Virus record (IMG/VR): IMGVR_UViG_3300025018_000101 | Span: 1-64,000 of that record | Origin: a virus | Direction: 5' to 3' (one strand) | Length of the DNA stretch: 64,000 bases | Shown here: positions 9,700-17,519 of the stretch, in pieces | Numbering within the stretch: the first letter of the stretch is position 1 | How the letters are laid out: each line of letters opens with the position of its first letter | The notes under the pieces: generated by a model | Seen by the model: only the letters and a program-made list of their open reading frames with translations | Told to the model about the DNA's origin: nothing | Databases searched by the model: none | Position numbers and translations under genes: made by a program

Positions 9700-10359
9700 A
9701 TGACCGACCGCCCCCGAAACAACTTCGACGCATGCGTCGAGATCGATGCTGAGCGCATCGACCCGCGAGCCCCTGAGGCCGCCTCCGCCACCCTGAGCCT
9801 GGTCTGTCCGGCCACGTCGGCCGGCACGCCGTACCCTCGCACCTGCTGCGTCAACTTCAGTCGCGGCCGCTGGCCCGAGTGGGTCAAGCCGCTGCTGCGC
9901 CACCTGCGTCGGCTGCAGGGCCCGCGCGACCCGGACTACGGGTTCCTGTCCGCGGGCTTCACGGCCCTGCCGCTGACTGCGCTCGTGTCCCGTCCGGACT
10001 ACGACCGCTACGTCTTCGACCTCGTTCTGCGCGAGGCCGCGAAGGCCGGGTGGACGGTGACCGAAGAGCCTGACTACAACGGCAGCACGGGCCAGCGGCA
10101 CCTCTCGGCGCCGCCGGCCGCCGAGGCATCCGCGCTCTCCGACGGTACGCTGACGTACGTCACCGTGATCTACCCCAACGGGGAGCGTCACGACCTGTCG
10201 GGCGCCATCGAGCCCCCCTGCTCCCGCGACCTCGCGAAGGAGGTGGTGCTCGAGTACAGGCAGGCAGGCCTCGACGTTCGAGACTGGAGGGTCGAGGGCC
10301 GCGAGATCCTCATCGACGTCGCGTGGAGCGATGACGAGGAGGCGATGGGCAACTACTGA
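9700..10359 (+). CDS. hypothetical protein
   Basis: GAGGA RBS; typical codon bias. Confidence 0.7.
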   Translation: MTDRPRNNFDACVEIDAERIDPRAPEAASATLSLVCPATSAGTPYPRTCCVNFSRGRWPEWVKPLLRHLRRLQGPRDPDYGFLSAGFTALPLTALVSRPDYDRYVFDLVLREAAKAGWTVTEEPDYNGSTGQRHLSAPPAAEASALSDGTLTYVTVIYPNGERHDLSGAIEPPCSRDLAKEVVLEYRQAGLDVRDWRVEGREILIDVAWSDDEEAMGNY

Positions 10360-10439
10360 CCCGACGTGACATCTACCCCGCTTCGAGCTATCGTGGCGGG
10401 GTGCCCCCCTCGGGGCCTTCCTTTAACTCAGGGGGCGGG

Positions 10440-11546
10440 ATGAACGCTCTGGAAGCAGGGTGCGAGGCGGCCTTCAAGGTAGCTGGCCTCGGCGACTTTG
10501 CGCGCCAGCACGCCGGCGCTATCGAGAAGGGCGTCGGAGGTCTCGCCGGCGCAGGTCTCGGGGCTGGCATTGGCTACGCGACGGGCCGCGATGACGGGGA
10601 CGGGAGCGGCTCGACACGACTGAGGAACGCGCTCCTCGGAGGTGGGATCGGGGGCGTAGCGGGCATCGGGGCTGGTCATGTCGTGGGCGGCGGGACTCGC
10701 AGGAGGGCGGCGGGCGCCTCCGCAGCGGCGGAGGAGGCGTACTCCGCCGCCCGTCCGCCCACGCCCCCCGACGACTATGGCCTGGATCTCTTGCTCGCCG
10801 AGATGGACCACAATGCGGCGGCGTTCGCGCGCGATACTCTGCCCTTCGCGGGGTTCTGGACGCCGCGTATAGCGCCGATGGCGTTTGCGTCTCCTGGCGC
10901 GACGAAGCTCTCCAGCGCCCCCTGGGAGTCCAAACTCCTCGAGTACGGCATCGGCGGAGCTGGCGGTGCCATCGCTGGCGGCCTCGGCACCCGCGCCTTC
11001 ACCGACGACACCGGCATGGTCGCCGGCGGCGCTCTCGCCGGCGGAGCTGCCGGCGCGATGGGCGTAGGCGAGCTGATGCATCGCCGGCGAAGGAGCATCG
11101 GCCGCGATATCGAGTCGATGCTGCCCGGCATGCACGAACAGGTGGCGGCGTTGATGCGTCACCACGCCGGAGAGGCCGAGCGCAACATGACCACCCTCGA
11201 GCGAGCGGCCGAGGTCCTGGCGCAGAAGCACGACCGCCTCATGGCCGTCGCGGCCAACCTGCCGCCCGGCGTCTCCCCCAGTCGGGAGCGGGCCCTGGCA
11301 TCCGCTCTCGAGGAGGTCCGCGTGGGTGAGGCGGCGATCCGCGAGAACATGTCGAGGGTCGCGCAGCGCCAGATGGACGCCCAGATGGCCTTCGACGCTG
11401 GCCGAGAGTCCGCCCTGGCGCACATCCGCCAGGCCGTGCAGGCACCCTTCGCCGCCGACGTGGCGACACCGGAGATGCGGCAGGCGGTGGCGCAGCAGGC
11501 GCTGCAGCAGTGGTTGGACAAAGTCAACGACGGCGACGTCGTGTAG
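10440..11546 (+). CDS. KVAG-leader glycine-zipper protein with C-terminal coiled coil (putative virion-internal protein)
   Basis: MNALEAGCEAAFKVAG leader followed by two pairs of GxxxG-rich hydrophobic segments. Confidence 0.75.
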   Translation: MNALEAGCEAAFKVAGLGDFARQHAGAIEKGVGGLAGAGLGAGIGYATGRDDGDGSGSTRLRNALLGGGIGGVAGIGAGHVVGGGTRRRAAGASAAAEEAYSAARPPTPPDDYGLDLLLAEMDHNAAAFARDTLPFAGFWTPRIAPMAFASPGATKLSSAPWESKLLEYGIGGAGGAIAGGLGTRAFTDDTGMVAGGALAGGAAGAMGVGELMHRRRRSIGRDIESMLPGMHEQVAALMRHHAGEAERNMTTLERAAEVLAQKHDRLMAVAANLPPGVSPSRERALASALEEVRVGEAAIRENMSRVAQRQMDAQMAFDAGRESALAHIRQAVQAPFAADVATPEMRQAVAQQALQQWLDKVNDGDVV

Positions 11547-11559
11547 GGTGAGGTGAGCC

Positions 11560-11748
11560 ATGGACCGTTCAGCACACGCACGAGGCATTCGAGTGGCTTT
11601 CAAGACCGCCGGGCTCATCGAGGAGATCTCCGACCGTATGCCCGAGGCCTGGCACGACCTGCGTGCGCAGGGTCAGGTCGGCCTCTCCGGCGCCGAGGGC
11701 CAGAAACTCCGTGACCGCCTCGGCCTGGGCGGATGGGGAGGCACATGA
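11560..11748 (+). CDS. short KTAG-leader peptide
   Basis: GAGGTG RBS; RGIRVAFKTAG motif. Confidence 0.6.
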   Translation: MDRSAHARGIRVAFKTAGLIEEISDRMPEAWHDLRAQGQVGLSGAEGQKLRDRLGLGGWGGT

Positions 11749-12170
11749 GCCTCACCGCCTTCATCCCCGGCGAGCCCGTCGGCAAGGGCCGCCCCCGCTT
11801 CAACACCGCCACCGGCCACGCCACGACGCCGCCCCGGACGCGCAAGTGGGAGAAGACGGCCTCGGAGCTCCTGACCTGGCTTGCCCGAGCCCAGGGCTGG
11901 AAGCACGACGGTGAAGCAGTCGCGGTCCACATCGTGGCCGTCTACGCGCGGCCGAAGACGCTGAAGTTCCCTGGCCGAAGCGTCTGCAAGGGTGGCGGCG
12001 GCCGTCCCGACCTGGATAACGTCGTCAAGGCCGTGCTCGACGCGGCTGAGAAGGCTGGCGTGCTGTCCAACGACTCGGCCGTCGTTGGACTCTCTGCGTC
12101 GGCGTGGTACTGTGGCCTGGACGACAAGGACCCCGGTGTGGAGGTCCGCGTCGCCCTGGCGCCAACATGA
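11745..12170 (+). CDS. rusA: RusA-family Holliday junction resolvase
   Basis: GEPVGKGRPRF and RPDLDNVVKAVLDA...LSNDSAVV catalytic motifs. Confidence 0.85.
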   Translation: MSLTAFIPGEPVGKGRPRFNTATGHATTPPRTRKWEKTASELLTWLARAQGWKHDGEAVAVHIVAVYARPKTLKFPGRSVCKGGGGRPDLDNVVKAVLDAAEKAGVLSNDSAVVGLSASAWYCGLDDKDPGVEVRVALAPT

Positions 12171-12204
12171 CGGGGCCCGGCTGGGCCCGCACAGGAGATG
12201 AGAC

Positions 12205-12531
12205 ATGAACGCGTACGAAGCAGGCTTCATCGAGGCCCTCAAGACCGCCGGCATCGGCGCGAAGACCATCGGCGCCATCGCGGGCGGTGTGACGGGCGCG
12301 GCTGGCGGCGCGGCCGCAGGTGGCGAGGACCATCGCCTCAGCGGCGCACTGGTCGGGGGTGCGGTCGGCGCCGGTCTCGGGGCCGGGGCGGGTCACCTCG
12401 CCCGCGCCCGCGGCGCTGTTTCGAAGCAACTGCCCAAGCACCTGAATGTCAGGGCGCCCGAGGCTATCTTCAGGGACGTCAAGCCGAGCTTCCAGATGAA
12501 CCAGATCCTCCCGCCGAAGTCGGCGGGCTAA
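12205..12531 (+). CDS. KTAG-leader glycine-zipper protein
   Basis: AGGAG RBS; MNAYEAGFIEALKTAG followed by GxxxG segments. Confidence 0.75.
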   Translation: MNAYEAGFIEALKTAGIGAKTIGAIAGGVTGAAGGAAAGGEDHRLSGALVGGAVGAGLGAGAGHLARARGAVSKQLPKHLNVRAPEAIFRDVKPSFQMNQILPPKSAG

Positions 12532-12599
12532 GGTACGCGGCTCCGAAGTTGGCCCGCTCCCTGGACCGCCTCCTCGCCAGCCCCTGACAGGGTACGACC

Positions 12600-14168
12600 G
12601 TGACCCACAAGCGCGCAACCTACCTGGACTACCTCATTCCTGGCCTCGCGGCAGGCGCGGGATCGGCGCTCGGAGCCGGGTCCGTGTACACGGGCAAACC
12701 GGCGACGAACGCGAAAGGTGTGCCCCGCAGCGACCACTACAAGAGGAACCTCGCTATCGCGCGAGGCGCCCTCGGCGGTGTGATCGGAGGGGCTGCGGGT
12801 CTCGGGGCGCGAGCCATAGCGCATGCGCCGTCGTACGCCGACCTACGGCGGGCGCCGCCGGCGTCGGCTGGGCCCCCGGAGCAGGCTATCGACCCACTGG
12901 CGGGGCTGTTCGAGGGGGCGGCAGGTCGGGACACGCACGCCTACAGAGAGGCGTACGGCGGCGCGGCCTCCCGCCCTGGCGGGCGGAGCACCCACCCGAG
13001 GCCGCCCGCCCCCATCCGTGGGGACGCGCCGGCGGGAGCGGACGCCGTAGACCGTGCGGTGCAGGCCGTCCGACAGAACCAGCTCGAGCCAGATCCTGTC
13101 GTCCAGCCCCAGGGCGCCGAGGACGACGCCATGGACGACCTCATCTCGAGGCTGCGCGGCGCGCAGTCCCTACCGGACAAGGAAGCAAGCATGAACGCTC
13201 GACAGAGAGGCGTCTACGCCGCCCTCAAGACCGCCGGGCTCGTCGCCTCTGGCCTTGGCATGCTCGGCACGGGGGCCGCAGGTGCCTACCTTGGCGCCAC
13301 GGCGGCAGGACCGGACAGCAAGTACACCGGCGCTCTGATCGGCGGAGCGCTGGGTGCGGGTACGGGCGCCGTCGGGGGCCACTTCGCAGGCAAGGCGGTC
13401 ATGTCCCGACTGGGGCGAGGTACCGTTGCGAGCGCGGGAGCGACGGCCGGGAAGGCCGTCGCCAACCGTCAGGTCCTCAAGACGTCTTCCGTCCTTGGGT
13501 ACCTCCGCAAGACGGCGGGCATGGGCACCCACGCCATCATGGGCAGCCTCGCAGGGGGAGCACTGGGCAGCACCGTCAACAGTGCCGTCAACTCGCCGGG
13601 CTACGGGCCCGTAGCCGAAGCGGAGCTCGGCCACCGCGCCACTCTCACCGACCGCGTGCTCGGCAAGAGCAAGGCGCTGTCGGCGGAGCTCCTCGGTGGC
13701 GGTCTGGCGGCAGGTGCTTTGGCTGGCGCCGGGCTCGGCCACTGGGCCACGCGCGGGGCGGGCAAGCTCACGCGTCCTGGCCAGGTCATCTCCCGTGTCC
13801 TGGGGGGCGACTCGGTCCTCGACGCTGCCGCGGACGTCGCCGACGACGCTCGGTTTCAGCTCGAGATCGGCGGCCTCGCCAAGCAGGCTGAGATGGGCGT
13901 CAAGGGCATTGGAGCCCTTCTCGGTGGTGTAGGCGGCGCGTACACCGGCGCCAGGCTGGCACCGGAGGGCTCTGGCGGCACGGGCTTCCTGACCGGTGCG
14001 GCCGCAGGAGCTGGCGCCGGCGCGCTCGGAGGCCACTACCTCGGCAGGGCGATTCTGGCGCGGGCGCCGAAGGTGCTCCCGGCGGTGGTCGAGGGGTCGA
14101 AGGCCGCGGCGTTCCTGACGTACGAGAACGCGCCACTGAGTGACGCGACAAGGGGAGTCGGGCCGTGA
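12600..14168 (+). CDS. multi-module glycine-zipper polyprotein with internal K-x-A sites
   Basis: Four Gly-zipper hairpins preceded by KRA, KEAS-MNARQRGVYAALKTAG, RKTAG and KQA. Confidence 0.75.
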   Translation: MTHKRATYLDYLIPGLAAGAGSALGAGSVYTGKPATNAKGVPRSDHYKRNLAIARGALGGVIGGAAGLGARAIAHAPSYADLRRAPPASAGPPEQAIDPLAGLFEGAAGRDTHAYREAYGGAASRPGGRSTHPRPPAPIRGDAPAGADAVDRAVQAVRQNQLEPDPVVQPQGAEDDAMDDLISRLRGAQSLPDKEASMNARQRGVYAALKTAGLVASGLGMLGTGAAGAYLGATAAGPDSKYTGALIGGALGAGTGAVGGHFAGKAVMSRLGRGTVASAGATAGKAVANRQVLKTSSVLGYLRKTAGMGTHAIMGSLAGGALGSTVNSAVNSPGYGPVAEAELGHRATLTDRVLGKSKALSAELLGGGLAAGALAGAGLGHWATRGAGKLTRPGQVISRVLGGDSVLDAAADVADDARFQLEIGGLAKQAEMGVKGIGALLGGVGGAYTGARLAPEGSGGTGFLTGAAAGAGAGALGGHYLGRAILARAPKVLPAVVEGSKAAAFLTYENAPLSDATRGVGP

Positions 14169-14911
14169 AAGACCAACGTGACCGCGAGCAGTCCCCGATT
14201 TGGGGGACAGTCAAGGACCTGGCGACCGTAGGTGTCGGAGCCGCCGCGGCCGACAGAGGCATCGCGCGCATTCACGGCGCGCCGACCTACTACCACGGCG
14301 CAGCAGACCCGCTAGAACTAGGGCTGGGTCGCGTCGAGAGCATTCGGCGCGAGGGTCTGCGTTCTGAATTCGGTGGCACGGGCGCGTCAAGGGTTCACGA
14401 GGATATGGCCGCCTCGTCAGCGGGCAAGGTCCACGTCACGACCAGCCCCCGCAGCGCCAATTTCTACCGGCGCTACTACGTGCCCGACGGCGCCCCCGTA
14501 GGGGACGAGATGTACGACGTGATGGGCATGGTCCCGTCCGCGGGCGGGGGCGAGGTGTTCAAGTTCGTCCTGCCGAAGGGCATCCGCGACACACTCGTCG
14601 AGGACCTGGACGACGGGGCCGCGTTCACGACGCACATGAACATCCCTGCCGACGTCGTGAATCAGACCCTGGCGGACAGGGCCCTCCTGAAGCTGAAGAA
14701 CGTGCCGAGCCACGTCATGGAGCACCCTGGGCAGGCTGCCCTCGGAGCTGGGCTGTTGGCGGTGGGAGGAGGCGCCGCGTACCTGGGTGGCAGGCGCCTC
14801 TACGACCGGTACATCGGCAGTCGCGACGCGAAAGAAGCAGGCTACGCTGCGGCCTTCAAGGTCGCAGGGCTCCGAGAGTCTGCCGCGGACGTACTGGCCG
14901 CTGGCCGCTGA
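14165..14911 (+). CDS. putative ADP-ribosyltransferase-fold (Tpt1/KptA-like) domain between hydrophobic Gly-rich segments, with C-terminal FKVAG motif
   Basis: TYYHG...SIRREGL...KVHVTTSP...A.FY...NIP motif order; EAGYAAAFKVAG near the C-terminus. Confidence 0.6.
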   Translation: MKDQRDREQSPIWGTVKDLATVGVGAAAADRGIARIHGAPTYYHGAADPLELGLGRVESIRREGLRSEFGGTGASRVHEDMAASSAGKVHVTTSPRSANFYRRYYVPDGAPVGDEMYDVMGMVPSAGGGEVFKFVLPKGIRDTLVEDLDDGAAFTTHMNIPADVVNQTLADRALLKLKNVPSHVMEHPGQAALGAGLLAVGGGAAYLGGRRLYDRYIGSRDAKEAGYAAAFKVAGLRESAADVLAAGR

Positions 14912-14991
14912 GCGTATCGAAGGCGTTGCGCGCCCGTCCGGCCTGGCCCATACTCGACCCCTGGCCCCAACGCACACACGGGGGAGACATC

Positions 14992-16080
14992 ATGGCCGAG
15001 GTAAGCATGGGCGGCTCCGCGAAGAACCGATACGGGCTGTGGGTCGACTCCCCCCGTCCGAGAGCGAACGAGCTCGACGCGTGGGTTCGCCTCTGGGCGG
15101 ACGACCGCAAGCTCGACTTCGTCAGCATCCTCCTGAACGCCGGCACCGACCCGAAGTACAAGCCCACCTGGGACACCGACCTCCTCCTTGAGGCGACGCA
15201 CGCCCTGATGAAGAAGGGCGTCGAGGTCCGATGGATGAGCTACCCTGTCGCCACACCCATCGCGGTCGACCGTCTCGTGGACGCGCTCCACGACCTCTAC
15301 ACGGCGGCCACGTTGAAGGGTCTGGACTCTTGGGACGTCGTCCCCGAGTTCGACCTGGAGGAGAACTGGGGAGGCGCGACGCAGGAGCTCTCCGACCGAC
15401 TCGCCGCCGGCGTCACCCAGATCCCCTGGGTGTCCCGCTTCGCCGTCAACTTCGTCCCCACACTCAAGGGCAAGGCGCCTGGCTTCGTCGCGCCTTTGCT
15501 GCACCACCCGAGGTGCAAGATCGCCGCGCTGCAGGCGTACACGTTCTACGGTGGCGAAGGTCACTGGACCGATCATGCGGCCTTCAGACCAGGCGGCGCA
15601 TATCTCGACGCATGCCTCGATCTGGCGCAGAGTCTGTTCGAGGACGTGACCGTCGACGAGATCGTCTTCGGCCAGGCGCTCTACAGCCAGAATCACCCTG
15701 CCCCCTCGCCGAGGGGGACGGAGGCGCTCCAGGCGACGTACGACCACTTGTACGCGCAGGGGGTGCGCCGATTCTGCGGGTGGAGCGGCAAGCACACGAC
15801 GCAGGAGTACGGCGGGGCGGTCTGGGGGCCGCAGGCCGAGGCCTGGGTCCGGAAGACCGCGGGAGGCGACATGCCAGCACCCACCCTCAGGGGCGTCCAG
15901 GCCGTGCTCAAGTGGCTCGGCCTGTACAAGGGCGCCGTCGACGACGTCTGGGGCAACGCCAGCAAGTCGGCCCACCTCAAGTTCTGCCAGCAACGAGGCA
16001 TCGACGAGTCGGCGTGGCCGTCCGAGACGAGCTACAAGGCGCTCCTTGAGGAGACGATCCGTCTCATCCCGGGGGACTGA
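14992..16080 (+). CDS. putative endolysin: glycoside-hydrolase-like barrel plus C-terminal peptidoglycan-binding domain
   Basis: FDLEENW and ALQAY motifs; VQAVLKWLGLYKGAVDDVWGNASKSAHLKFCQQRGI resembles PG_binding_1. Confidence 0.65.
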   Translation: MAEVSMGGSAKNRYGLWVDSPRPRANELDAWVRLWADDRKLDFVSILLNAGTDPKYKPTWDTDLLLEATHALMKKGVEVRWMSYPVATPIAVDRLVDALHDLYTAATLKGLDSWDVVPEFDLEENWGGATQELSDRLAAGVTQIPWVSRFAVNFVPTLKGKAPGFVAPLLHHPRCKIAALQAYTFYGGEGHWTDHAAFRPGGAYLDACLDLAQSLFEDVTVDEIVFGQALYSQNHPAPSPRGTEALQATYDHLYAQGVRRFCGWSGKHTTQEYGGAVWGPQAEAWVRKTAGGDMPAPTLRGVQAVLKWLGLYKGAVDDVWGNASKSAHLKFCQQRGIDESAWPSETSYKALLEETIRLIPGD

Positions 16081-16178
16081 GACGCGTGACCTGCTCCTCC
16101 CGGGGCTGTTGCGCCCCGCCCCGTCCTGGCTCATACTCAGGGGTCGTACGGCGACCGCGCCGAACCCCGGAGCCGCGC

Positions 16179-17093
16179 ATGCCTCTCATCCCCTCCTACC
16201 AGTACAAGGTCCCCGGCGGCATGACCTCCCTGAGGGACGACACGCCGACCAAGGGTGTCTACGCCAACTACCCGGCGGGCTCCCCGCGCTACCATACCGG
16301 CAACGGGATGGACTCCATCGGCCGTCAGGCCCGGATGTTCATCAAGCTCGGCAGCAAGAAGGCCTACGACGCGTGGTGCAGAAGCCTGGGGCGCCGGGCG
16401 GGCGAGTACGGCAAGGTCCTCGGGCTCGTAGACGCAGCGGGGGACAAGGGAGGCGGCTACGGCTACGTCGACTTCCTGGCCCAGAGCCTCTCCTTCGGGC
16501 ACCAGGAGAGATACCAGACGCAGGTCACGCTGGCCGACGCCTACGCCCTGTACTTCTTCGGCCAGGACCCCGTTCAGCTCCAGCTCTCCGGGACGCTGCT
16601 GAACACGAAGCAGGACCCGTGGTACGACGCCTGGCAGCACGTCTGGGCGAACATCCTCCGCGGAACGCTCATGGCGCGCGGCAACCGGTCGCTCTCGCTG
16701 CGGGTGGGCAACCGGGTCTACGTCGGGACGCCGCTGTCCGAGTCGACGTCGCTGAGCGCTCAGATGGAGACGGCGGTGTCGTTCACGATGACGATGATGG
16801 TGCGCAAGATCGTCATCAGCGAGGCGCCCCACACGATGCTGAAGCCGACGGACCTCAACGAGCTCGCCCGGTTTTCGACCGACCCGGCCATGTTCAAGAA
16901 CTCCGACAACCTCGCCACGGTCATGGCGGACATCGCCCGCGCCTCCTGGGACCCCGGCCGTACCCGCGCCAACGTCGCGGACGTCGACCCCAACGAGATG
17001 ACGTTCACCGAGGCCGAGGTCACGGACCCGCCCACGGGGCGTGGCCCGACAGGCCATATCCCCGTTGGTGCGGTCTCCCCGGACATGGAGTGA
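16179..17093 (+). CDS. putative tail/baseplate structural protein
   Basis: Lies ahead of the hub gene; FFGQDPVQLQLSGTL is a tail-tube-initiator-like beta pattern. Confidence 0.5.
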   Translation: MPLIPSYQYKVPGGMTSLRDDTPTKGVYANYPAGSPRYHTGNGMDSIGRQARMFIKLGSKKAYDAWCRSLGRRAGEYGKVLGLVDAAGDKGGGYGYVDFLAQSLSFGHQERYQTQVTLADAYALYFFGQDPVQLQLSGTLLNTKQDPWYDAWQHVWANILRGTLMARGNRSLSLRVGNRVYVGTPLSESTSLSAQMETAVSFTMTMMVRKIVISEAPHTMLKPTDLNELARFSTDPAMFKNSDNLATVMADIARASWDPGRTRANVADVDPNEMTFTEAEVTDPPTGRGPTGHIPVGAVSPDME

Positions 17094-17096
17094 CCT

Positions 17097-17519
17097 GTGC
17101 CAGTCATCACCGCTTCCGACCTCATCGCCGCCCCGATGGGCGGCAACCTCGGCCGAGTTCGCGCCCACTTGTTCGGCCTGCTCAGCACGGAGCGTACCGC
17201 GCTGGAGTCGGCGCCCATGGTCATCTACCACGCCTGGCAGACGGAGCTCCGGCCGCTGATCGCCCCCATGGTGTCGATCGAGGGGGTCGGGTCCACGTCG
17301 AACCGAACGTCGGTGGTGGTCGTGGCGGAAGACCTGGAGCAACGCCCGGCGGAGCTCCTGGCCGCGCTGCGCGAACTGGCGCCCCTGAAGGTCGACCGCG
17401 GCATCCGAGACCTGCTCGACTCCCAGCTCACGGGCAGGTCACCGCAGATGACCGTCGCGGTGGCGTGCTGCGTCGTGATCGTCGCGGCCGCGGCCCTGAA
17501 ATCCGCAGGGAGGTACTGA
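17097..17519 (+). CDS. hypothetical protein
   Basis: GGAG RBS; fills the gap in the structural operon. Confidence 0.55.
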   Translation: MPVITASDLIAAPMGGNLGRVRAHLFGLLSTERTALESAPMVIYHAWQTELRPLIAPMVSIEGVGSTSNRTSVVVVAEDLEQRPAELLAALRELAPLKVDRGIRDLLDSQLTGRSPQMTVAVACCVVIVAAAALKSAGRY

